Positions 11,254-21,867 are shown, counted from the stretch's first letter. The stretch: DNA of 24,601 nt from Octopus sinensis (GCF_006345805.1 NW_021834780.1:1-24601), one strand, 5' to 3'. Translations and numbers: made by a program. Notes: generated by a model from the sequence alone, not told the origin.

Positions 11254-11270
11254 CATATATATATTATATA
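11185..11270. repeat. (TA)n microsatellite
   Basis: Direct reading. Confidence 0.9.
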
Positions 11271-11310
11271 TAAATAAATGAAAGAATGGAGTTGAATGAC
11301 GATTTAACAA

Positions 11311-11411
11311 AATTCCTTTATTCTCGACATATGTTTCGAAGACTGCATATTCCTAATTCCGAAGGAATAAGGTGCATTATGCCGCCTTCTCATCAGGAAA
11401 GACAGGAACTT
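11311..11411 (-). ncRNA. Type I hammerhead ribozyme with extended stem II (HHR-B, minus copy)
   Basis: Reverse complement: TTTC-CTGATGA-GAAGGCGGCATA...TATGCAGTCTTC-GAAAC ATAT GTC-GAGA. Stem III region ACATATGT is self-complementary. Confidence 0.8.
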
Positions 11412-11511
11412 AAGTCAGCATCATGACAAACAAAAAAACTTTTAGATGACTGCACTATGGACTCAGTGTGGGCAGTCATCTAAAAGTTTTTGTTCGTCAT
11501 GATGCTGACTT

Positions 11512-11616
11512 AAGTTCCTTGTCTTTCCTGATGAGAAGGCGGCATAATGCACCCTTTAATCCTTCGGAATTAGGAATATGCAGTCTTCGAAACTTATGTC
11601 GAGAATAAAGGAATTT
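11512..11616 (+). ncRNA. Type I hammerhead ribozyme with extended stem II (HHR-B, plus copy)
   Basis: CTGATGA at 11528-34; stem II GAAGGCGGCATA/TATGCAGTCTTC; GAAAC at 11589-93; GTC at 11598-600; stem I TTTC/GAGA plus distal AAGTTCCTT/AAGGAATTT. Confidence 0.8.
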
Positions 11617-11824
11617 TGTTAAATCGTCGTTCAAATCCATTCTTTCATTTATTTATATTAAAAAAACACACAAATTTCCACACGAAAGCACGTGATCCCT
11701 GCCCTTGGCATGTAACTTCAACCGTGTTTTCTGACGTGAATTTGCTACCCGGGTATCGGTTAACCGAATTATCCATACTAGGATAATTGATTCAACTACT
11801 TATATATATATATATATATATACG

Positions 11825-11860
<36 letters not shown>

Positions 11861-11949
11861 GGGAGGGTTCACGAAAAAAACAAAAGACGAAGACAGGTGT
11901 TGTACAAAACATACAGATGTATTAGTATAACGCTCAGGAATTGAAAAAG

Positions 11950-11987
11950 TCTTTTACGTTTCGAGCCTATGCTCTTCTACAGGAAGG
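11950..11987 (-). ncRNA. Variant minimal hammerhead-like motif (HHR-C)
   Basis: Reverse complement: CTGTAGAA-GAGC atag GCTC-GAAACGTA-AAAGAC. The core is non-canonical and stem I is imperfect in this copy. Confidence 0.5.
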
Positions 11988-12050
11988 GACACAGAAAAAA
12001 ACAAGGAGAGATACAAGGAGAGGAAAAATGTATGTAGTCGTTACAAGCAC

Positions 12051-12239
12051 CAGAAATATAACAAAAGCTGTTATTCAGAGTTTCACGTTCCCGTTCGTCG
12101 TACACTTTTGTTAAAATAGAACAGAAATAACGATATGATATTTCTGTTTTATTTCTATTTTATTTCTGTTCTATTTTAACAAAATTATCCGACGAACGGG
12201 AACGTGAAACTCTGAGTAACAGCTTTCGTTATATTTCTG
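12051..12239. repeat. Foldback hairpin, ~80 bp arms
   Basis: CAGAAATATAACAAAAGCTGTTATTCAGAGTTTCACGTTCCCGTTCGTCG..AACAGAAATAA is mirrored at ~12160-12239. Confidence 0.9.
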
Positions 12240-12749
12240 CAGCTTTTAAATAAAGCATAATACTCTACCTCTGGTGTTTGAGAACACTTTTTTCCACCTT
12301 GTTTCACATCTATGTGCTTACGTCAGTATATATATATATATATATCCTTATCTCTATCAATCTTATATTCTATCTATCTGTGTGTGTATAATATATATGT
12401 ATGTATATATATATATATATATAATATATATATAATATATGTATGTATATATATAAATAGAGTGTGAGAGAGGAAAAAGGGAGAGAGAGAGTTAGAGAGG
12501 GTGAAAGAAAGTGAGTGAAAGAGTATTTTCCATAGAAGTAGAAAAAAAAAGCGTTGAAAATTCATTTGGTTTCAAAAGGGATTGCAAAGTAAAGGAAGTT
12601 AATGGTAAGTAATTTTATATAGTTGTATGAAGGATTTATAGTTTAATGCCTTTTAAACAGCCGTTGGGGAATGCGTCATTTTGACTGGTTATTTTAAGCA
12701 AGTGATTTTCAGATTTGAAGAGCAAGCATTTGTCTTACAGACTTCGGTG

Positions 12750-13560
12750 AGTGCTTAATTTAATTGGTTGGTTTGAACACGAGATTTATGAATCGTGAAT
12801 TTGTATTCGGAGTAAGTTTATTACAGCTGATGTAGAGTGTAAAATTTTCAGCTTTTGATTTTCTCTTACGATACATCATAATATATTAAATTTTGTTTTG
12901 CAATTTGTAAAAAAAAAGTATGTATATTGTTGATCTATCTGTATTTGATCTCTAAGATGTTGTCACGTTGGTACAACATAAAATCGTTTGTTGTTTGGGG
13001 ATTAACCTGCGTGAGAATTTAAATATTAACTAATAAGTATTTTTCTGATATTAGGATACCGTATTTAGTGGCAATGAACGGTCTTTCTGCTCCTCGGGTT
13101 AATGCAGTTTTTCCTGTGTAATGTTCGTTACAACCATTACATTTAATGACATAAAGTCGATTTCTTGATGCCCAGGTCATATAATTCTTAAAGGTAAATA
13201 GTTTTGGTTATTTAGATTCAAACAACATGCCTTCAACTCGATTAATGAGGTTACACGTTTAGGATAGCCATACTTTTTCAACTATTGCAGTTGTATTTTT
13301 TGTTGGCGATGTTAATTCCTTTTTGGAGATTTTTGCTTATATTTTCCTCTTAATGATTTTGTGTTTTTCGCCCGTTTTAATTCTTTCTTTATTCAGTAAC
13401 GACGTATATTCCCCAATAACGATTCATATAATGACGTTTTTGATGTAAAGATACTTTTACATCTGTATTTCTTGGGTTGTGTGCTGATAAATAACGTAAG
13501 GTTTTAAGAGTTTCAGTAGTTACATCTTTCGTAGTTCCTGAATATCATTCGCTTTCTCCC
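12750..13560 (-). pseudogene. PLE linker plus GIY-YIG endonuclease fragment
   Basis: Hand translation across frameshifts: ..DIQELRK..LSAHNPRN..KRAKNTKSL..YGYPKRVT..NYMTWASRNRLYVIKCNGCNEHYTGKT, resembling S.N.IY.I.C..C...YIG.T. Confidence 0.7.
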
Positions 13561-13690
13561 GTTTTAACTCGTTATTAAATAACATTGATAACTACTGTCT
13601 TTCAAGTAATAGTCGCTTAAATTATTTTTTCCCGCATTTCAAACTTCTATATAATGACATGCATTCTTATTATTCATGGTATACTTGTTT

Positions 13691-13945
13691 TTATGCTTTG
13701 GATGGTATGAAGTACTTAGTTAAGTAAGAAATGACTAGATTAGCATAAGCTGGTGCATGTATTGTTCCCATTGCAGTCCCAGTATTTTGTCCCAGCCCGT
13801 TCTCATGTGAAATCATAGAATAAAATACATCAAATAAGGCAATAAGAGCCTTTTGATCAGCATCTTTCGAAAGGTAGTCTAAAAGGTCTACTCTACCACT
13901 TAGGAAATTTGTTATATATTTTAAAACTGGTTTCAAGAGTATCAA
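13691..13945 (-). pseudogene. PLE reverse transcriptase fragment
   Basis: QNTGTAMGTIHAPAYANLV matches the PLE RT motif Q..G.(A/P)MG(S/T)..(S/A)P..ANL. Upstream ALFDVFYSMISHENG resembles the motif (S/T)FDV.SLY..I.H..G. Confidence 0.8.
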
Positions 13946-14619
13946 AGAATATCGCTGAATCGTTGTGTTTCATTACAGTCCTCTTCCACAACTCGCCTTA
14001 ATAGAAGCTCATTAGAGTGTAGCATGTTAATACACAGTGAAAATGATTCTCTACGTATATCGTTTATCTCACGCGCGCGTGTGTATGAGTGAGTGTACGT
14101 GTGTGTGAATGCATGTCTGTGTGCGTTTATGTTCGTGTGTATGTGCGCGCGCGCATGTGTGTAGATATAGATATAGATATATACATCTTAGGACTCCTTG
14201 CTAGCAAATCTTTCAGATCATCAGGTCTGCTATGTGATGTTTTCTCGCTGCCTCTTCGCCATGTTATACTGGCAACAATTACACATCAAACCGAACGAAC
14301 ATTCGCCCTATCAGATTCACCAGAGAAAGCAAAAGAAGAGGATTATGGGAATGTAAGCAACCAATATTCCTGTTTGCGATACTCGGAAGAAACCGAAAGG
14401 ATTATAAGGATCAATGTCTCTCAGATTAGTTACTAAAAGCAAAACAGGAAATATAGGTCAAATATCACAGATTATGGACAACCTAGATCTTATCCTTGAG
14501 ATTTAACTACATTCCACAAACGAGGCACACATGTAAAATCTTTCAACAATGCATACACTGCATCGCAGAAAGACAATGAAATGGCCGCACGCACGTACCA
14601 CACACAGAAACACATGCAC

Positions 14620-14949
14620 ATTTATGTGTATGAATACAGATACATACTTATATAACTACCTACCTACCTACCTACCTACCCACATACATACGTACATACA
14701 TACATACATACATACATAGCTACATACATACATGCATACATACATACATGCATACCTATATATATGTGTATGTATGAATGTATGTATGTATGAATGTATG
14801 TATGTATGTATGTATGTATGTGTATGCTTGTGTATTTATGCTAGTACTTTTATATATTTATATATGTACACCCCACCATGCACACACACACACACACACA
14901 TATATATAAATATATATATGTATGTATGTATGTATATACATACACACAC

Positions 14950-14986
<37 letters not shown>

Positions 14987-15170
14987 CATGCATACATACA
15001 CATATACGTGCATAAATGCATATATACATACGTGCATACATACGTGCATACATACGTGCATACATACGTACATATGTATACTTATATTTAAACAGATCCA
15101 CAAACATACACATACATTTATTAAATATTTATATATGTGTATGTGTTTATGTGTGTGTGTGTGTGTGTGT
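14620..15170. repeat. (TACC)n/(TACA)n/(TATG)n/(CA)n/(TA)n compound microsatellite
   Basis: Direct reading. Confidence 0.9.
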
Positions 15171-15530
15171 TAGGTGCATCAGCACCAAGCAGTGTTTAAG
15201 TTAGTTATACTATGACATATTTCAGCTTCTTAAGGCAAATTCACCGCATTTGCGGCGGAGAGGGAAAAAAATAAATTCTCTTTTCCGGTAAAAAAGATGT
15301 ACAAACACAATATCTTCCCCTGTGCTACCCATATCGGATTCACAGATGCAACGTTTCTAGCTGTTATCCGTTATTAATGGGAAATACCAAAGCGAGGTAA
15401 CTCTGACTAGATTTAACTAAACGGCAATGAGCAAAATTGAGTTGCGCTATTGGACCGCCCGGCCGTGTAAAAACCCGACGTATCAGCGTGAAGGAGCTAT
15501 TAGGTATAAGCGAATGTTAGGTTCGTTAAG

Positions 15531-15760
15531 AGGCGGCGAGCTGGCAGAAACGTTAGCACGCCAGGCGAAATGCATAGCCGTATTTCGTCTGCCGTTACGT
15601 CTTCAGTTCAAATTCCGCCGAGGTCGACTTTGCCTTTCATCCTTTCGGGGTCGTTAAATTAAGTACCAGTTACGCACTGGGGCCGATGTAATCGACTTAA
15701 TCCGTTCGTCTGTCCTTGTTTGTCCTCTTTGTGTTTAGCCACTTGTGGGTAGTAAAGAAA
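15531..15760 (+). mobile_element. Full-length tRNA-derived SINE (family 1) with 14 bp TSD
   Basis: A-box-like GGCGAGCTGGC and B-box-like GTTCAAATTCC; near-identical to 17579-17810; TSD TAGGTTCGTTAAGA at 15518-15531 and 15761-15774. Confidence 0.9.
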
Positions 15761-15843
15761 TAGGTTCGTTAAGATATGTCTGTGGCATATTTAAACTACT
15801 AAAGACAAATTCACGGTATTTACCATGGAAATGATCTCTCTTA

Positions 15844-16120
15844 TAGGCGCAGGCGTGACCGTGTAGTAAGTAGATTACGTACCAAACGCATGGTTCCGGC
15901 TTCAGTCTCACCGCGTGCCACCTTGGGCAAGTATCTTCTACTATAGCCTCGGGTTGACCAAAGCCTTGTGAGTGGATTTGGTAGACGGAAACTGAAAGAA
16001 ACATGTCGAATATACATAGTTTGTATGTGTGTTTGTGTCTGTGTTTTTCTCCCCAGCATCGCTTGACAGCCGATGCTGGTGTGTTTACGTCCCCGTAACT
16101 TAACAGCTCGGCAAAAGAGA
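15844..16120 (+). mobile_element. tRNA-derived SINE (family 2)
   Basis: Head GGCGCAGGCGTGACCGTGTAGTAAG..GGTTCCGGCTTCAGTC, then CCTTGGGCAAGT and CCTTGTGAGTGGATTTGGTAGACGGAAACTGAAAGAA, which I recognise as an abundant octopus SINE body. Confidence 0.75.
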
Positions 16121-16328
16121 TATCTATCTAAATAGATATCTAGATAGATAGATAGAGATAGAGATAGAGAGATATATATAGAAAAAAATGGATAAATAAG
16201 TAGACAAATCTATGCATACATTGATAAAAATACACATGTACACACGCACACAGACGTACACGCGCACACACATACACACGCACACATACACATATGCACA
16301 CATAAACAGACATAGGCATACACGCACA

Positions 16329-16370
<42 letters not shown>

Positions 16371-16395
16371 TATATATAATATATATATATATATG
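16120..16395. repeat. (TAGA)n/(CA)n/(TA)n microsatellites
   Basis: Direct reading. Confidence 0.9.
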
Positions 16396-16614
16396 ATAGC
16401 TCCTGGGGATATTGTTAAATCGAGAAGAAAGAATTGTGAAGTGTAAAGATAAATTATATAGTCATTGATAAGTGGAAGAAGAATAACAATAATGTGAACG
16501 ACCGAAACAATAATTAATTGAAAAGTTGGTGTAAAAAAAATGAACGGAAAATAATAAATTACTCACTAAGCTACAACGAATACGATACTAAGAGTAATAT
16601 TTACATTAACAACA

Positions 16615-16995
16615 ATATATACCACCACCACCATCACCACCACAATGTCACCACCACCACCACCACCACAACCACAATGCCACTACCATCACAATGCCAC
16701 TACCATCACCATGCCATCACCACCACCACCACCACCACACCACCACCAACAACAACAACAACAACAACAACAGCAAGCACCACAATGCCACCATCGATGC
16801 CACTATCACCATCACCACCACCATCACCACCATTGCTACATGCCACCACCACTAACGACACCAATGCTATCACCCCCATCACCATCACCAATGCCCCCCT
16901 TCACTACCAACATCACCACCGCCTCCACCACCACCACCACCACCACCACCACCACCACCACCACCACCACCACCAGACCACCGTCACCATACCAC
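16615..16995. repeat. (CAC)n/(CAT)n/(CAA)n trinucleotide array
   Basis: Direct reading; source of the poly-H, poly-T, poly-P and poly-Q ORFs. Confidence 0.95.
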
Positions 16996-17094
16996 TATGA
17001 CCAATTGCAAGAGGTGATAGAATGGACGACAATGAATATATCAATATAAAGAAAAATAACAGTAATATTAAGAACTAAAGAGTAGAGGGGAGGG

Positions 17095-17265
17095 GCTAGT
17101 TGGTTACCTTCGACCCTTTGCTCAATTGATCGGTTTTTTATCGACTCCAAAAGGATAAAAAGCAAAGTTGATCTTAGCGAAATTTGAACTCACAACGCGA
17201 AATTGGGGTAAAAAATGCCTCGGACGACCTCGTTAGCGATTTCGGCGGCATGACTAACTTTTCTA
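17095..17265 (-). mobile_element. Degenerate SINE family 1 relative
   Basis: TTATCGACTCCAAAAGGATAAAAAGCAAAGTTGATCTTAGCGAAATTTGAACTCA resembles the reverse complement of the family 1 core at 17653-17705. Confidence 0.65.
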
Positions 17266-17294
17266 TTAATCAGCGCAAGGCCTGATATTTCGAA

Positions 17295-17475
17295 GGTAGA
17301 AATAAGTTGATTACATCAATCACCCCCACTGTTCAGCTGGTACATATTTTATCGACCCTGAAAGGGTGAAAGGCAAAGCTGTCCTCGGCGGAATTTCACC
17401 TTAAGAGGTAAGGAGACAGAAAGTTGCCGCAAAACAATTTGTCCGACACGCTAAGGTTTCTGCTAGCCCCCAACT
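17295..17475 (-). mobile_element. Degenerate SINE family 1 relative
   Basis: TTTATCGACCCTGAAAGGGTGAAAGGCAAAGCTGTCCTCGGCGGAATTT resembles the reverse complement of 17659-17708; GCTAAGGTTTCTGCTAGC resembles the reverse complement of the head. Confidence 0.75.
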
Positions 17476-17578
17476 TAATAAAATATTTAAATTTGACAAT
17501 GAAAAACCGTGAGACCAACGGTTGATAAGTAAGGAATCAGCCAACACATATAAAACACGAATATATGTACCCGAAATA

Positions 17579-17810
17579 AAGGCGGCGAGCTGGCAGAAAC
17601 GTTAGCACGCCGGGCGAAATGCATAACCGTATTTCGTCTGCCGTTACGTTCTGAGTTCAAATTCCGCCGAGGTCGACTTTGCCTTTTATCCTTTCGGGGT
17701 CGATAAATTAAGTACCAGTTACGCACTGGGGTCGATGTAATCGACTTAATCCATTTATCTGTCCTTGTTTCTCCCCTCTGTGTTTAGCCCCTTGTGGGTA
17801 GTAAAGAAAT
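17579..17810 (+). mobile_element. Full-length tRNA-derived SINE (family 1) with 18 bp TSD
   Basis: Near-identical to 15531-15760; TSD ATATATGTACCCGAAATA at 17561-17578 and 17811-17828. Confidence 0.92.
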
Positions 17811-17843
17811 ATATATGTACCCGAAATATCTATCTATCTAGCA

Positions 17844-18146
17844 CCATCCAACCAAAATGCAAATATATGGGAAATTACCACCTGTGTCATCTCTTGTGAA
17901 AGGTAGGAGAGTCCAGTTTGCTGGACATTGTTGTAGAGCTGAAAAAGAAGTAATTTCTACTCTTCTCCTCTGGAAGCCATCTACTCGCAATACCAGAGGG
18001 CGCACACTCTCCTACCCTGATGTAATCTCCAGGGATACAGGCATCCAGCAACAGGACCTCCGTAATGCTATGATGGACGTGAAGTCTGGCGTAACATAGT
18101 AAATTCCATTGTCTCGACCACGGTCGAACAATAATGATGATGATGA
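17844..18146 (+). mobile_element. 5'-truncated RTE-clade LINE 3' end
   Basis: HPTKMQIYGKLPPVSSLVKGRRVQFAGHCCRAEKEVISTLLLWKPSTRNTRGRTLSYPDVISRDTG..AMMD/REVWRNIV..stop matches the RR..(F/W)AGH..R..L.W.P..R..GR..D..W C-terminus of RTE ORFs, and is followed by a (TGA)n tail. Confidence 0.85.
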
Positions 18147-18149
18147 AGC

Positions 18150-18190
18150 AATCAATCAACAATCATCAATCTATCTATCTATTATCTATC

Positions 18191-18221
<31 letters not shown>

Positions 18222-18244
18222 CTACCTACATACCTACCTACTAC

Positions 18245-18289
<45 letters not shown>

Positions 18290-18300
18290 AGTATATATAT
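18150..18300. repeat. (TATC)n microsatellite
   Basis: Direct reading. Confidence 0.9.
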
Positions 18301-18442
18301 TAAAAGTCAAAGCACAATATGCACCTGCTTGCTAGAAAGAAGATTTAAAACTCTCCAAAGCCACGCATCTCTCACTATACGTCAACACGTACGTAGAATG
18401 CTGCAAATATACTAAAAAAAGACAGGCGTCCCTTTTGTAAGC

Positions 18443-18519
<77 letters not shown>

Positions 18520-18524
<5 letters not shown>

Positions 18525-18715
18525 GGAGGAATAGATTTCTTTTTTATATGTATTATTCTTATGGTATTATCTTACTTATTGATGTATTTTGTTTTATTCT
18601 GTATTATTCTGTTGGATTTGGATATTCCTATTCAATCTAAATAATTAGTTAATAAATTATATGAATTCGTATTATCTGGTAGTTGATGATTGAAAGAAAT
18701 CTATTCCTCCATTTT
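18520..18715. repeat. 22 bp inverted repeat at the start of a ~380 bp T-rich segment embedded in (TA)n
   Basis: AAAATGGAGGAATAGATTTCTT (18520-41) / AAGAAATCTATTCCTCCATTTT (18694-715); (TA)n at 18447-18517 and 18901-18945. Confidence 0.8.
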
Positions 18716-18897
18716 CTTATTTTGTATTATGAATTTGAGGTAAAGCATTTTACCTTCGCCCATATAATACAATGAATGAATTAATTGCATTGCAATTCTT
18801 AGCATTTATGTATTAGCCTTTATGGGTACTTTACTGGCAGTATATTGGATTAATGATATCCCATAGTGGGTTACACTCATAACCCCTATTTCACTTT

Positions 18898-18941
<44 letters not shown>

Positions 18942-19714
18942 TAATTTGTGAAGGAGGATGCATGAAATCCAAGTGATTTCGTACATCCATACATCCATAC
19001 ATCCATACATCGAGCCGGTATAATTCAACTACGGTAGTAGTTGAATAATACTCTTAAGGTCGCAATTTACTCACACGCAGCGTCTTTCAGAGCTTGTAGC
19101 TAATTCAGTTCTTAATCAAATGGAAAACCGTTAACGTTTATGAAGAGGACTGGTCCTTAGCTACATTTTGCCATTAAAAAGTTGAGATTTGATCCAGTAC
19201 AAAAGAGTTTACATCAAAATTTGTAGCAACGCTGTCGGAGAGTAAGTAACGCCACTAATCAAGTTTAGATCTAAATAACTTTTCAATTTAGCGTGAATGA
19301 TAGAAGAAAGCATAAAGAATTTTATAGTTTTGGTCTCATGCAATAAAAATTTGTATCAAACAAGTTGTGAGGTAAAATATCATGAAAAAATATAAGTAAG
19401 GCAAACAACTAATTTAAGTATAATTAACATTTTTTTATTGAAAAAAAAAGAATATATCTTAATTAAGCTTAAATGACAGAACTGAATTCAAGGAATTTCA
19501 TGGTATTAATCTCATGCAATGAAGTTTTAAAAGAAAAAGTTATGAATGTTTGATTCTCAAATTTGAGGGTGATAATATGAATAAAGTTCTAGGGGACTTT
19601 TAATATATGTCACCGGCATCATTCAAGCAAAGAAAATATTATCATCAACACCGCTAATTGACACATTTGACACATTAATTACCATAATAACCATAATAGC
19701 ATATCCTGGAAAAA

Positions 19715-20556
19715 ACATGGATTACATGGAAAAAAGCGAGTAAGAAAAATAATATTCTTAAGATTATAAATCTGGAAAAGTTCAGGACAGATTATTACAA
19801 CTGGTAAAGCACAGAACAAGAAAATATTTTACTTAAAACATTGCAACTGATGATAACATTTGAATATTCAAAATTATTTGATTTTAATTTACAAAGTAAC
19901 ATTATAATTAAAAAAAGGTAACATCATTTTGTTAAAATATTGACGCACTAGAATACTTAAAAAATGAGAGCTAGAGGTACCAATATAGCAAAAAGTTTTA
20001 TGCAAAGTAGAATAATATATATGGTAGGCAAATTCATTATGTAAAAAATAGGCATTGGGTCAAGACTAAAAATGTGAAGACTTGGCAATAACTTAGGCAA
20101 TGACTCAAGCAAATTTTACTGTGAATTTGTTGTTATAGGTAGATTTTAGTGTAATATATAACGAATTTTTGTATTATTCTATTTATTGTACTAATTATGT
20201 ACTGCTATTATTTTTTATAATCTATTTTAAAATTTCTAATTATTAATTATTAATTAAAAAATGATTTTTTAAAGTGCAAAAACTATTTTGCTTGAGTTAT
20301 TTTAAATTTTGAATAGAAGTAACAAGTAATAACAAATAAAAGTAATAACTGTAATAAAATTTTTAGTTTTATTAAAAACTAATATTTTCTAAATCTAAAT
20401 ATTGCATTTGAAATTTTATCCTATGCTGCAATATTTTAAGTAAAATCTTTCTTGTTCTGTACTTTCCCAGATGTAATAACTTGTCTTGAACTTTTCCAGA
20501 TTTATAATCTTAAGAATATTATTTCTCTTGCTCGCATTTTTTCATGTAATACATGT
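19715..20556. repeat. Diverged ~130 bp inverted repeat pair around a ~580 bp AT-rich spacer
   Basis: 19715-19845 (..ATAATATTCTTAAGATTATAAATCTGGAAAAGTTCAGGACA..) matches the reverse complement of 20427-20556. Confidence 0.8.
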
Positions 20557-21348
20557 ATGAATCCTTAGTAGAATGGATGGATGGAAAGACGTTCCAGTAA
20601 AACAAAGTATTTCACACAAACGAAAATTCTAAAATATTTACTTTCAGCGACAGAAAGGTACTGTGTAAATTGGTGAAAGGAGAGATGATCTTGTATACTG
20701 CCAGATAAATAGAGACACCTCGATTACCGTGAAAGCTGTACCAGGATTAGGGTTAGTAGTAAACAAAATATCCACAACGGATCAATAGTTAAGTAGGTTA
20801 AGTAATTCAGGATTAGCATCAAAGAAAGATAAACAGAAAAAAAAAGGGAGATAGAAAATTCAAGTTGTGTATTATGAAGAATAGAAAGCTAGAGAAGATA
20901 GAAATGCATTCAGTTAAAGGAACTGGTTAATTTCGCATTAAAAAGAGTTGAATAACATCTCGAACCATAATAAAAATATCGTAATATACTTATATGATAA
21001 AATAATATAATATAAAACAATAAATGATAATGATAAAATAGTGTAACATTAATCAGAATCAGTAAACAGTTATATAGAAAAAAGTTAAATTGTTGTGGGA
21101 AACGGTAAGATAGCTAGGGACGCGATTGTAATTGAATAGATTAATGAAAAAAATTAATGATTAATGATTTTTCCCAAGAATAATTAACACCATTTAAAAG
21201 GATAAAGTGGTAACATGGCAATAACTATAGAAAGAAATCAGAAAGGAATGATAGTAATAATGAGAAAAGATGTGCAATCAAATGAAAGACATGAGTAGTT
21301 TTATAATATAATACAATATAATACATAAGTTAGGTACATGGAATCGTC

Positions 21349-21670
21349 AACAAGGACTTATTAATTTGATGCAGGTAACGGATTAACTACTAATTATGTC
21401 TGTTAATTAGCCCTGAATTTCAAGTGCCTTTGTGCAACATAAATTGCAACTGTCGTTTGTATGGATGTGCTGTCTGTATAACTGACCGCAAAATAACGTA
21501 ATTAATATTTCTATCCTTCAAGCCCCAAATATATAAACGAGCAACACTTCCATATAAATAGAGGAGCAGATGCAATTTATGATGCACGGAGGCACTTGAA
21601 ATCTTGAACTAATTAACAAACATAATTAGTTGTTAATCCGTTGCCCACAACTGATTAACAAGACCTTGTT
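21349..21670. mobile_element. MITE-like foldback element with ~100 bp diverged terminal inverted repeats
   Basis: AACAAGG..AACGGATTAAC.ACTAATTATGT.TGTTAATTAG..ATTTCAAGTGCCT..GTGCA.CATAAATTGCA (21349-21448) is mirrored at 21571-21670. No TSD seen. Confidence 0.7.
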
Positions 21671-21687
21671 CAGGAGTTCGTTATCTT

Positions 21688-21818
21688 TATCTGTCTGTCT
21701 GTCTGTCTGTCTGCTCTTCTCTCTTTAATCTATCTATCTATCTATCTATCTATATTCTATCTATCTATCTATCTATCTACTATCTATCTATCTATCTATC
21801 TAGCTATCTATCTATATA

Positions 21819-21865
<47 letters not shown>
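21688..21865. repeat. (TCTG)n/(TCTA)n/(TA)n microsatellites
   Basis: Direct reading. Confidence 0.9.

Positions 21866-21867
<2 letters not shown>

Larger units (their letters stand above)
11266..11658. repeat. Near-perfect ~390 bp palindrome (~190 bp arms, ~18 nt spacer at 11454-11471)
   Basis: ATATAAATAAATGAAAGAATGGA...TTTTAGATGACTGC is mirrored by GCAGTCATCTAAAA...TCCATTCTTTCATTTATTTATAT. Confidence 0.95.
11862..13960 (-). mobile_element. Second, decayed 5'-truncated Penelope-like element (Neptune-like) with terminal repeat ending in (TA)n
   Basis: RT motif at 13691-13945, linker/GIY-YIG remnants at ~12750-13560, and a T-rich terminal segment with an HHR-like motif at 11862-12050 that is homologous to 22790-22980. 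Confidence 0.75.

Noticed and set aside
11760-11800. ATTCAACTACT shared with the hairpin at ~19023-19046
   Set aside because: An 11 bp match in AT-rich DNA with no extended homology.
14089-14436. 115 aa ORF as a possible host exon
   Set aside because: It starts in a TG repeat and has no recognisable domain or convincing splice context.
18680-18715. TTGATGA..GAAA as a hammerhead
   Set aside because: No stem II or NUH/stem III pairing can be formed.
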